From: Elsinoe ampelina
Taxonomy: Eukaryota
DNA length: 37,702 bases
Assembly (NCBI GenBank): GCA_010093995.1
Contig: ML992502.1
Coordinates: 697,717 to 735,418 of the forward strand
Reading direction: 5' to 3'
Below, piece by piece: positions 24,914-36,536 of this stretch. Below the pieces are notes generated by a model. That model saw only the letters and a list, made by a program, of their open reading frames with translations. It was not told the origin of the DNA and did no database searches. The translations under genes were made by a program, and so were the position numbers. Every line of letters starts with the position of its first letter. Position 1 is the first letter of the stretch.

Positions 24914-25311
24914 GTCGGCGACCCCTGGGATCAAGTTGGTATGCGGTCAAATATCGGACCCATCTTCACTTTCTCGGGAATTCAAGTGAAAGCGCGACCG
25001 GTAAAATGAGTTCTCAAGTCGAGAGGCCGGACGTATGTTCAGATAGGAAAGTTGAATATGATTCGTGATGGAGAGATCCAATCACCATGTGAAGTCGCGT
25101 GAGAGGCGTGTTGCTTGATGCCAAGACATGGCTCCAACTTCAAGCTTCAGGTTGGCCGCCGATGCGCTCTTGTCGCAAATACCATTGTGAGCTCGCATTC
25201 CTCAATTGATACCTCACAAGCACGTCGACACCTTGCGAATCACATTCGACAATGGACGAATAAGTGTTGGGTCCTTCCAATTTGGTGTTACGGCACTGAA
25301 CTATCACCAAG

Positions 25312-27560
25312 ATGATTCAAGCTGCGGTTCCTGAGTAAGATCTCTCTACCTGGAAACCCGCTCTCAAAACCGGTTGTTGACGTTCTTCAGGATCTTTGAG
25401 GACGAGAATCACCCCGTTATCGATGTTCGCACGGAAACACTCCAGACACTTCGAGAATTGGGCCCCCCCGACCTGGTTCATCTCATCAAGCAGCCCATTA
25501 AGTCGGCGTCGAAACAGGTTGCTCTGGTAAAACCACCCGTGGCAAGCAGATCTAATCTCGCAGCAGGTCGGAGTATATCATCATGTGACTGGCGTCGATG
25601 CATCGTCCTCGGCAAGCCTTGCGGCCTACATCAACACACTGACTTACTCGACACAAGACAAGAGCCATCGCATCACATCTGGACTCTACTGGTAGGCCGA
25701 TTTGCCTGCTCCTTGGGTCATGCTAACTTCCTCAGCTGCTACAATGCCTTTTCTAGGCTCGACATGCGAGTGCAAGTTCAGATCCCTGGCACGGTCGAAA
25801 GTTACTGCGTGAACGAGCGAGGAGACAAGATGGAAGCATCAGAAGAGCACTGGCTTGAGACATATCTGTGCAGCGTTCTGAGAGGATATAGCTATGCAGA
25901 CAACGGAGGAGGAGAAACGATAAAGAAGATTGTTGGCGTAAGGAGGTTCAACCCAATCACGAATACCGAGACTGAGCACAAGTTTCTCGAAGCTGCTGAG
26001 AGGCTGTTCTTCAATGGCTGGACTTTGGGCTCCGACCCAGAAATCCAAGTTCCAAACCTCGTCTCCAACCACCTCACGACTGGTCTCCTTCAATACATCA
26101 CAACGACGGGACGATACGCTTCGGGGATCAATCTGTTCGAGAAGCTACGTACGCGGGACGGCGAAGTTTCATCATTACTGGCGCAGGTCTACATCGCAGG
26201 CGATGAAGAGGTCAAGGCAGTGCAGCTACTACACGAAGCCATACAAGAGCTGCCCATGGACTACTCTTTACTCGACTGCCAAGCGACATTTCTGAACTCG
26301 AAGGGACGAGGCGACCTCGCCGTCGAGATCGCGAAGCGCGCCGTGGTATCAGCCCCTAGCGAATTCGGTACATGGGCAAGACTCGCAGAGATATACATCA
26401 GCCAGGAGCAGTGGGATCTGGCACTTCTTACACTCAACTCGTGTCCAATGTTCACTTATCAGGACAAGGATGCGCCAAGACTACCTGAACCAGCGAGAAT
26501 ATCTCTACCACTCGCACCGGAGACCATCTGTGACGAGATCGACGATGCAGGTGCCGTCGGAGAGACTGACCTCGTCCATCCGACACTACGAAGACTAGGA
26601 GCGGCAAACTACAAAGGCACGTTCTTGAAAGCTTACATGTTGTTGACCGAGGTCACGAAGAAGATTGGATGGGACCAGCTGCTGAAGATCAGAAGTCAGG
26701 TTTTCGTCATGGAAGAAGAATATAGATCAGAACGTCAGCAGTCGACGGCGCCAGTAAGCGGAAGCCGGAATGCCAGCACAACGGCGCTCAAGGGCACCGA
26801 TAGTCCCAATGGCCATGCTGCGCCGTCGATTTCATCGGATGCCGCAACCCTGACCAACGGCGACCACGGCGAAAACTCGAGCCTCAATCCCGATGTTTCG
26901 AAGCCTTCACAAACAGTGACTGTCAGTTCCAATTCAGACACACCAACGACACCACAAGAACCAATTCCCTCTGACGCAGCACAACCGACCTACACACAAT
27001 TCCAACACAAAAGACTTTGCGAACGCTGGTTGGACAATCTCTTCATGGTGTTGTACGAGGATCTTCGAATCTACACAATTTGGCGAACCGAAGCTGCACA
27101 ATATAGACAGCAGCAGATGGTATACAAGAAGAGTGCCGAAGAGTGGGAGATCCTTGGAGATCTTGCGGAACGCTTACATCACCCAGAAGAGGCGATTGAG
27201 GCGTGGGAGCAATGTCTGAGCACACGCTTCAGTCCCAAGGCAATGCGTGGCGTACTGAAGATGTATGAGAAGGAGAAAGACACAAAGGGCTCGCTCAGCG
27301 CGTTGATAAGATTAATTGCGTGGCAGTACAGATGGTACTCGGAGTTTTCGCCCGACTTGCTCTACGCTGTACGGAAGTTGATTGAGACCGAAGGTGCGGT
27401 CAAGGTCCGCAGCATTGTGCAGGCGACGAGTCTACCACAGAACATTCTCGACCTTACACATCAGTGAGTACACCGGGTTGTAATGTTCGATTGACGCTGA
27501 CGAGATTGTAGATACTGTGGGTTGTGTGCAACATTCAGGAGCAGCGGTAGTGATGGATAA
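25312..27560 (+). CDS. BUD7: ChAPs family (Chs5p-Arf1p-binding; Bud7/Bch1-like) exomer cargo adaptor. Exons 25312-25334, 25391-25517, 25567-25691, 25736-27463, 27512-27560.
   Basis: LRELGPPDLVHL, YHHVTGVDASSSASLAAYIN, CCYNAFSRLDMRV, ALLTLNSCPMF, KRLCERWLDNLFMVLYEDLR. All introns are GT-AG. Confidence 0.92.
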
Positions 27561-27942
27561 ATCATGTCACGGGCATAAATGCAGCGTTTTGTCGTTCAGC
27601 GTTCAAGTAGATGTTACGTCTGCATGAAACCCCCTCATGTCACCTTCCATCATAGCCCGTTGAGGGCAAATGCACTTCCATGGAGACTGTGATTGCAGGC
27701 GCTTTACTTGGCTTTTGACAACACTCGTGTACCAATCTCACGACACACAAGACCCGCGTGCATGGTCGTCTGATGATGCGTCTTTGTTCTCGTTTCTATC
27801 CAAAGACATCCTCCCATCTAGCCTCTAAACTGATCTTGAATACATGGCACTGACCAAAGACTTTTGCCTCGACAACCTCGCATATCTGCTGCAGGGTGAT
27901 CGAGAAGAGCAGCACTGAGTATCATTCGTGCCCTCATGCCAT

Positions 27943-28615
27943 CTACTCAGCGGCCTCAACCTCCTCGAGGTCATCCTCCTTTGGCACGACCTTGCCCTTT
28001 CGGGCCTTGGCCGAAGCAGCAGGACCGGACTTCTTAGCTGTGTCTTCGGCTTCCTCGTCTTCATCACCTCCTTCTTCCTCGGCATCGTCCTCGAGATCCT
28101 TGCCATCGACTTCGTCCTCGTCGACTTCTTCGACGCCGTCCCCATCTTCAACTTCTTCGGGAGCATCGGTCTTGCGCTTCTTGGCCTTGGGTTCTGGTGG
28201 GAGGGTTAGCGGTTGCGGATGGGTAATTGCAGAAGTCGGACTTGCCGGCAGCAGCGTCTTCCTCCTCTGGATCAGCCTCCTCTTCTTCCTCTTCCTCCTC
28301 TTCGTCATCATCTACTCCGTCTTCGCCCTCGGAGTCTTCGTACCTGGGAGGCTCAGTCAGCAAGTCATTCACTACGGCACCAGTACAGTCCATTCTCCGT
28401 CGACGAGGATTGTCTTGGATGGTTATGATGACAACAATTGAATCGCCAGCTACAGGCGACTCGATTGACACCAAACACGTTGTGTTGCGACAATATGTGC
28501 AACAGGCGTGACGTCAAGAGAATGGGTGAGCTTACTCCTCTTCCTCCTCATCATCGTCCTCAGGAAGCTCCTGGAACTCCTCCTCGGTCTCTTGCTTCCT
28601 CTTGCGTGTAGACAT
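27943..28615 (-). CDS. Small highly acidic protein with basic NLS-like patches (~142 aa), function unknown. Exons 28615-28536, 28343-28246, 28193-27943.
   Basis: MSTRKRKQETEEEFQELPEDDDEEEEE|YEDSEGE..AAA|EPKAKKRKTD..; intron 1 is GTAAGC..CAG and intron 2 is GCAAGT..GCTAAC..CAG. Exon total is 429 nt, in frame. Confidence 0.8.
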
Positions 28616-29470
28616 GGCCTAGAAGGGTGCAATTGGCGGGTGTGGAAGGATAGGAAAGGGTTGGATGGTTGGTAGAATGACGGACAGCGAAGAGGGAAAG
28701 GGTGCGAGAGGTGCTAAACGGGCTGGGGGCTGGGGGGAGCTCCCCAAAGCTCTCTCTCTCCCGTCTCTCGCCCTCGCATCGGCGGACTTTGGGCTCGCTC
28801 GCCGGGGAAGACCCTGGGGATCATGGCTGTCTCTCGCCTTTCTCACCTCCGGCAGCTGTTGGCTCTTGTCTCACGGACCGCTTTCGCCCAGCATCTCGTC
28901 ACTGTTCTTCGTGCCCTTTTGCCTTTTTGCTCGACGTTTGTGTGCCTGCCGTGCTGCCCTGCCCTTGCCTCTTGGAGGAAGCACGTGGGGCGGCATTTCG
29001 TCCCTCGTCATCATTTTGCAATTCAAGACACATCTCTGGTTGACTTTGTGTGCTTTTCGCTCGAAGAAGCAAATGCTGGCGATGCTTGATTGATGACTGA
29101 GCCTATCAGCGTTTTATCAATCTCATTGCTTTGAAGCTCGCAGTGATGGCTTTACCCGAGGTCGCTGTCACTGCCCTAATTGGTCCTCCAAGCACTGCAT
29201 CAAAACACATCAACTTTGCATGCAGATACACAATGTTCATTACAAACAACTTGCAGGTGCTTTAACATTCTCCCCCAAGTGCCCAAGAAATGCCGATTCC
29301 AACCAACACCCCTCCCGTACCCCTCATGGCAGATCTCCAACCACACCAAGACCACAGTGCCGAATTCCGAAATTCCCATATAACGATCTCATGGTGAGTC
29401 TCTCAACACGACATCCATCCGGCAAGTACCCCATCCCCATCCCACCTCACCAATCTGTATCGTACCCACC

Positions 29471-30798
29471 ATGCGCGCCGACTTCCCCCACCCCAACCCC
29501 ACCCCACTCCGCATCGCCATCATAGGCGGCGGCATAGGCGGGCTCTACTGCGCCCTCTCGCTCCACCACCACTGCGGCCCCCACGCCTCCATCACAGTGT
29601 ACGAACGCGCCGCCGAATTCAAAGAGATCGGCGCTGGTGTCGGGCTAGGCATCAACGCCGCGAAACTCATCCACGCCGTCGGGCTAGGGGAGAAGCTGAA
29701 CGCCGTGGGTGGGCGACGGAACGGGGTCTGGATATCGTTCCGGAGGTACGATGACTCGGGCGAGATTGTCACTGTCAGGGTGGACGACGAGGGGTTCGTG
29801 AGGCAGTGTCCCGTCGCCCGCAGCGACTTGTTGGATCTCATGAAGGGGGCGGTGGAGGAGAGGGGGGCGGCGAGGTTGTTGACGGGGAAGCGGTTCGTGG
29901 GGGTTGAGGAGGAGGGGGAGGGGGTGAAGGTCAGGTTTGAGGATGGGACGGTGGACGAGGCGGATGTGGTTATTGGGGCGGACGGGATTCATTCGAGTGT
30001 GAGGGCGCAGTTTGCCAGGGATGAGCCGATTTATTCGGGGAGAGTGGCGTATCGGGCGACTGTGCCGACGAGGGAGCTGGAGGGGTGGTGGCCGTTTGAG
30101 ACGTATTCGATACTGTGGAGTGGGAAGAGGAGGCATTTTTTGGTGTTTCCTATTTCGGCGAATAAGACGTTGAATATTGTGGCTTTCACGAATACAAAGG
30201 CGGAGGATGCGAGGGATGTGGCGGAGTCGTGGGTGTCGACTTGTGGGCGGGAGGAGGTGGAGGAGGCGTATGAAGGGTTCGATGAGGTGGTGCAGAAGCT
30301 CATCAAGCTGATGCCGGAGGAACCGAGTAGGTGGAAGATCAACGACAGGGCGCCGCTTGGAAAATGGCATTACATGGGCGGCAAGGTAGTTCTTTTGGGT
30401 GACGCGGCCCATGCTAGTAAGTCCTTTCTGTCAACACGCTCTTCCTCACTGACATGTTAGTGCTTCCTCACATGGGCGCCGGAGCTGGACAAGCCATCGA
30501 AGACGGCTGGATACTGGGACGAGCGCTCGGCGAACTGGTTAACGGCACCGACAAGTCACAACTTCAAGATCTCGAAAGCTGTGCTGCTTTCTATCAGAAA
30601 GTCAGGCTTCCCCGCGCACAGAAGGTGCAGGAGAAGTCGAGAGACACTGGAAACGCATACGACATGTATACCGAGCAGATGAGGGACAAGGATTTCGAAG
30701 AATGCATTCCACTCATGGCAGAGAAGATGAGCTCGCAGATGAAGTTCGTCTGGGAAGCAGAGCTTGACCAGATCTACGACCAAGCCAAGGAAAATTAA
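29471..30798 (+). CDS. FAD-dependent monooxygenase, salicylate hydroxylase-like (group A flavoprotein), ~427 aa; intron 30417-30460
   Basis: IAIIGGGIGG, EIGAGVG, VIGADGIHS; GDAAHA|MLPHMGAGAGQAIEDG is joined across GTAAGT..CTGAC..TAG. Confidence 0.93.
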
Positions 30799-31013
30799 AA
30801 CCAATCCGACACCGAGGTTTTAGCAGCAGGTGCGAGAAAGTTGAGGCCCAAGCGTGAAGCTGGTCGCAGGTTCGGGTGTGTAGCTAGGTCGAGGACAAGA
30901 TACAGTCCCGTGACCAGCATCGTTCAGACTTCGAAGGACGTTTTCTACTTCGCGTGTCACGCGGCACCGCCATCACCGCAATTGAGGAATCGGGATCGAT
31001 GGGACAGGCGCCT

Positions 31014-31634
31014 TTAACACACGGGTGTCGCTTGGACAGAGAATGTGTTCCGAACGGCGGTACTTCGTCTAGCCATGGTGAGCAACACGCACACCAGCGA
31101 CATGATTGCAGCCATCCTCCACACTAATCCCAGGGAGTCGCTCTGCATCTGTCCTGCGAATTCGATATCCGAGTAGCTGCTGGAACCGAAAAGTCGCGAC
31201 CACTTTCGGATGAGAAGTGTTTCCTGCGTACTGTTGTTACGGACCCAGACAAGGCGTTGGGCCCGTTTCTGCCACTGGAAGGTTCCAGCTATCCCAGGAA
31301 CGCTGAAACTATACTTGTGTCTTCCAGACCAATTGTGTGCTTCCTTGTGGACATGGATCGAATGAACAATTCCAGATGGATCAGGTATCTGCATGGCTGT
31401 ATAATAGGGGTTGCGCAGAGCAATTGCAACTGGTGCCGAGGAACGGTCCTTACTAGGTCGAAGAAACATAGGCCCACGATGGCCTTTAGGTGCCGTTGCA
31501 ACGAATAGAGAGCCAGACGTCGTACGCAGTGTGAGTCTGAGTTCACGGGTGAGGAATCTTTGATGAAGGTGAGTGTGCAAGGCGAGAGGAATTGGGTCAT
31601 GGTAGACTTTCGGAGAAGTCGCCATATCGGACAT
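31014..31634 (-). CDS. Hypothetical protein (206 aa), probably beta-rich with a C-terminal hydrophobic helix
   Basis: ATG-initiated ORF that fills an intergenic gap. Its FSVPG..FQWQK..AAIMSLV pattern resembles fungal hypothetical proteins; no family recognised firmly. Confidence 0.55.
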   Translation of the reverse strand: MSDMATSPKVYHDPIPLALHTHLHQRFLTRELRLTLRTTSGSLFVATAPKGHRGPMFLRPSKDRSSAPVAIALRNPYYTAMQIPDPSGIVHSIHVHKEAHNWSGRHKYSFSVPGIAGTFQWQKRAQRLVWVRNNSTQETLLIRKWSRLFGSSSYSDIEFAGQMQSDSLGLVWRMAAIMSLVCVLLTMARRSTAVRNTFSVQATPVC

Positions 31635-32198
31635 GTAGGGGCTGCCGTCGAGTAATGAATCGATAGATGCTGAGATGAGAGTGTTGCTCGCGGCTCGTTC
31701 AACTTGGTCGTCTGAACAAAACTCTCATCTCTAAGGGAGAAATGGCTCCCAAACCTTGGTGGCTTGAGTAGTGGCCTCTGTGTTCACCATCATCAAGCAG
31801 GTGCGAAGCAGCGCTTACCGTGCTATGTGACAGTCACGCATCTGTGAAACATCGCTTTTGAAAAACTCCAGATATCGGGGACACGTCTTACTGATGAATG
31901 TTTCGAGGGCACTGACAGCCTCGATCAAGGTTCCACGATCTTGTGCAGGGCCGAAGTTGCCTTGAGCTGAAAAGATTGATACATATCCTGTCTGCCTGGA
32001 GAGACCTGACTCTGCAGTCAATGTGTTGATGGTTTGTTGAGCAAGAATGATGAGTTGATCAAGCGGTAACTCTTGAAGCTATCACGAATCGGGAGAACAA
32101 ATGCCGAGTTAGCCGTTTCTGGAAAAGAGGGGTAGCAATAATAGCCGGAGCGTGTCCCTCCATGACGTGCGGTGGGATAAAAGCCAATTCACATTATA

Positions 32199-33464
32199 AT
32201 GGTTTTTAGAGCGATACAGAAGCTCAATTATTCTCTGTACTCACTTCGACCACTTTCACGCAGCATACATCCAAACATGGCTCCTCACGTGTGCAAGTGG
32301 GGCATATTGGCAACGGGTGGAATTGCTGAGACGTTCACAAAAGATCTCACTGCCGACCCAGAGACTCGTGGTGTAAAGGACATCAAACACGAGATTGTCG
32401 CCGCCGCCAGCTCCAACAGTGCCGACCGGGCAAAGAGCTTCCTTGAGAAAGTCGGAGCTCCATCTTCAGCAAAGGCTTATGGCTCATACAAGGAGTTAGT
32501 CGCCGACCCAAATGTCGATATCATCTATGTCGCGACCCCTCACAGCCATCACTACCAGAATGCGCGACTTTGCCTCGAGGCCGGGAAGAATGTTCTCTGC
32601 GAAAAGGCATTCACGACAAATGCTAAGCAAGCTCGTACCCTTGTCGAGCTCGCTAGGAAGAAGAATCTGTTTCTGATGGAGGCGGTCTGGACGAGATACT
32701 TCCCACTCTCCATCCATGTCAGAGATTCGATCACTTCTGGAAAGATTGGCACGGTGTATCGCGTAGAGGCAGACAATGCACCCGGCATCGTCGATCCAGA
32801 GAAGGCCTTCCCAGATTCACATCGTATGGTGAACCCGGGCCTGGCTGGAGGTGCCCTACTTGATCTGGGAATCTACTCCTTGACCTGGGTCTTCCAATGC
32901 CTTTACACCACACAACCCGAGAACGAGCGCAAGCCACCAAAGGTCCTCAGTGCGGTCACTAAGTACAAGACTGGCGTGGATGAGTCGACGAGCATCCTGC
33001 TCACGTTCCCTCGCAAAGATGGCGAAGCTCATGCTGTTGCCACGACCAGTTTCCGCACGCTGTCTGATACCGATGGCAAGGGCAGCGCCGGACCAGCCAT
33101 TCGCGTATTCGGTACCGAGGGTGAACTGCAAATATGGCCACCTGCTTATCGTCCAACGAAGACGAGGCTGCTCAAGACCGATGGTACAGTGGAGGAGAAG
33201 GATTGGCCAATGCCAGGACCAGGTAAGGGATCCAACTGGTACAACGGATTTGGCGGTGGTAGTAACGCAGAAGGAGAAGGCCACGGCATGTTCTTCGAGG
33301 CAGATGAGGCGGCTTTCGCACTCAAGGAGGGGAGGAAAGAGGGCAAGTATGAGAGTCTCGACGAGAGCATTACCATCATGGACGTGATGGATGAGGTGCG
33401 GAGGCAGAACGATATCCGCTACCCCGAAAAGATCGAGTCTACGGACTATCCTGTAGATTTGTAG
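32199..33464 (+). CDS. Gfo/Idh/MocA oxidoreductase (dimeric dihydrodiol / NADP D-xylose dehydrogenase-like); conserved start probably at 32277
   Basis: KWGILATGGIA, DIIYVATPHSHHY, VLCEKAF, FLMEAVWTRYFP, GGALLDLGIY. No introns. Confidence 0.93.
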   Translation: MVFRAIQKLNYSLYSLRPLSRSIHPNMAPHVCKWGILATGGIAETFTKDLTADPETRGVKDIKHEIVAAASSNSADRAKSFLEKVGAPSSAKAYGSYKELVADPNVDIIYVATPHSHHYQNARLCLEAGKNVLCEKAFTTNAKQARTLVELARKKNLFLMEAVWTRYFPLSIHVRDSITSGKIGTVYRVEADNAPGIVDPEKAFPDSHRMVNPGLAGGALLDLGIYSLTWVFQCLYTTQPENERKPPKVLSAVTKYKTGVDESTSILLTFPRKDGEAHAVATTSFRTLSDTDGKGSAGPAIRVFGTEGELQIWPPAYRPTKTRLLKTDGTVEEKDWPMPGPGKGSNWYNGFGGGSNAEGEGHGMFFEADEAAFALKEGRKEGKYESLDESITIMDVMDEVRRQNDIRYPEKIESTDYPVDL

Positions 33465-33602
33465 GGATGCATGGAAATGTATAGTTGGACATGTGTAGGG
33501 CCGGGTGAAGCTGTAGACGAATTGGTATAGGAGCGGAAATCCCCCACCATCTGAATTATGGCAGCTTCTGCACGGACCACGCGTTCAGTCTAGGGGACAC
33601 AG

Positions 33603-33744
33603 TGTTGTAATGGAAGGCTGGTACAGCTTCTCTGGTACTGAAGAACTAGCACTGATGAGTCAGCGCACGCACAGTAGATAAATCGGTTATTGTAACTCTC
33701 TGAATAAAACACACATCTCTCGATCCGATTTGCTAGTTATAACA
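33603..33744 (+). repeat. 5' LTR (142 bp) of the right Copia element
   Basis: Starts tgttgtaa and ends ttataaca (inverted termini, one C>T). AATAAA at 33703. Followed directly by the PBS-like sequence. Confidence 0.85.
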
Positions 33745-36453
33745 GGTTATAAGCCTAGCGCTTCTATAAAAGCACTTAAAGCTATAGCAAATTAAGCATG
33801 TCATTATTAAAAGGATTACTAAGCCGCCTACACTAAATTCTAGACTAGCTATATTAAGATAAACACTTATAGTAGTCCGTATTAACTCTTTAATTAAACA
33901 GCCTAAACAGCTTAAATAAGCTAATTACATTAATTAAATTAATAGGCCTTAGGCTAATTACTATTATTATATCTAGATTAGCAAAAATGCTCGAGACTTA
34001 GATTCTTAAGAGAGAGAGCAACTATAATGCTTAGAGATTAACCCTTAAGGTAGCTCTCCTTAAAAAGAATATACTTAGATATGTAATTTATAACATTAAC
34101 TAGATACTAGCAGTTATAAAGCCTAAAGAACTAGCCCTAGATACTAGTAAAGGCACTAAGGCAATCTATAAGGTCAGGAATAAGACCTAGTATAAGAATA
34201 ATAGAATTACTTATAGTGTTATTATAATAAGGATTTATAAATCTATTAGACCTTACTATAGTATAACTTAGAAGACTTTAAAGGAACTTCTAGACACTAT
34301 TAAAGCTATATTTAAACCTGTTATTTTATATAAGCTATATATAGCTATCTATAACCTTAATAAGGTAATTATAACAAGTTATAACACCTAAAGGTACTAT
34401 AAAGATTTTATAAAGTACTATTATTAATACACTATTACTATAGAGCAAAGAGTAAGCACTATTAGTACTAAACTAGATAAGTTTAGGCTCCCTCTATACT
34501 ATATTAAGACTATATTTATTATAGGAATAGAGACTACTAAATAGTTAAGGAGCTAGAGATCTAGCCTTAACTACAAGAAGAGTCTTAAAGAGATAATAGA
34601 CTCTCTTAGAATATAGAAGCCTCTATACAATAGAAGAACTAATCTAAATCCTATTTATAGAGTAGCTAGTTATATTAAGGATTAATACACTTAGTGTACT
34701 TATTATGTCTACTCTAATATAGATTACTTTAAGTAGTACTCTAAGAAAGCACTAAGGAGTTAGAGTAAAAGGAATAATAAAGACAAGTTAAATAATAAAG
34801 GCATAAAGGCTAAAGGCAAAGGTAGAAAGTTAAAGACTAAGAGAGTTAGAGGTTAAGTAGCTATTAAAGAATCTAGAGAACCTACTAAGGTAGGTAAATT
34901 AGATAAATACTCTAACACTAATATTAATATTATTATACTAGTTTATAGAGTAGTAGTAGTATCTACATTATTATTCTTAACCTATAGTAAGAATAGAGTA
35001 ATCTATAACTCTAGTGTATTAAGGCACTTTATTAAAGACAGGTTATAGTTCTTAATAATTAAGGTATATAAAGGTATTCTTAAATTTAAATAAGCTATTA
35101 GTATAAAGAAGCTACTTAATATAGAAGTTAGTATAGTTAGGCTTACTCTAACTAATAGCAAAGGCAAGAAGTTAATTATTAAGCTTTATAATTGTATATA
35201 CTTACTATTATTACTAAACACTCTTATATCTAATCTTTAGAATAAAGAGGAACTTAGTATCTCTATAGTTAGTAAATCCTTAATAAAGGATAGAAAGGAA
35301 GTTAGCCTTATTAAACACTTTAAAAGAGTTAAATAGCTTAAGAACTTTAAAGTCTATAAGCTTTAGAACTATAAGGAATTACCTATAAAGTTAAAACTAT
35401 AGAAGCTATAGGCTATAAGAGCAAATCTAGCTATTGTAACTACTTAAAAGCTAATATTAGAAAGATAGTACTAGAGATTAGGCTATATTAGTAATACTAT
35501 TCTCTCCCTTACTAAAAGTTAAGCTATTAGATTAGAAGAACTTTAAATATTAGATCTTAACTACTATAAACTATATACTATATTAAAGGCATAGAGAGTA
35601 GTATTAAGAGAACTAAGGGATATACTAAAGTACTTACTAGATAAGCTTTATCTAGACCTTATTAGTCCTATTAAACTATAGTTAAGTAAGGGCTATAAAT
35701 ACCTTCTCTTAGTAATATATAGTAAGAGTAAGTATAAGTTTATTACTATTCTCTTTCTTAAGAGTAATACACTAGTAGTAATTAAACTTATCTATATAAG
35801 GAATAAAATAGCCTATAATAAGCTTTTATTTATCTTTATCTCTAATAGAGAAAGTAAATTCAAGAACTATAAACTAGTAATAGCTATTTATCTTAAAGAG
35901 TAGAGATAGAACATCTCTATACCTAATACTTAATACTAAAATAGTAAATCTAAGGCTACTAATAAAGTAGTTATTCTTAGAATAAGATATATCTTTATTA
36001 ATTATAGAGCACCCCTTAAACTCTAGTATATAGTTATAGAGTTTATAATCTATATTAGTAATAGAATTACCTATACTAAAACTAAGAAGATCCCTATATA
36101 AGAGCTAAGAAAGGATCTTCTTAATAATAATAGGCTAGTCTTATTAACTTACATTAGACACTTTAGCTATAGGGCCTATGTCTATAACTAATATGTTTCT
36201 AAATTACATAAATTCTAAGCTAGAGCACTACTTAGTTAGTATATTAGTATATAGAATAACTTAATAACTAATTACCTTATCTAGATACTCTATTAGTATT
36301 ATACTTAGTAAGCCTAGAAGGGAAAGATTATTATATTACCCTATATAACATTTAATAAGAACATAGTCTATAAGGATTAGGCAATGTAACTAATTAAATA
36401 ACTATATATTCTATAGGTATAACTACCTAAGGCTTTATAGCTTTAGAGGGAGT

Positions 36454-36536
36454 AGACATTTAGTAGTAATTATTAGGCAGCTTATAGCTATAATAAGACA
36501 TTTAGTAGTAATTATTAGGCAGCTTATAGCTATAAT
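36454..36536 (+). repeat. Direct tandem duplication with a 42-bp period in the Copia integrase-RT linker
   Basis: agacatttagtagtaattattaggcagcttatagctataat occurs at 36454 and 36496. Confidence 0.93.

Noticed and set aside
27943..28615. Chz1 histone chaperone
   Set aside because: The CHZ motif (IDxxNII..RTRG) is absent.
29471..33464. Aromatic-degradation or secondary-metabolite cluster
   Set aside because: Only a monooxygenase and a dehydrogenase are present, with no backbone enzyme, ring-cleavage enzyme, transporter or regulator.
33628..33650. ttctctggtactgaagaactag resembling the upstream hairpin arm
   Set aside because: Short partial match inside an unrelated LTR; likely chance.
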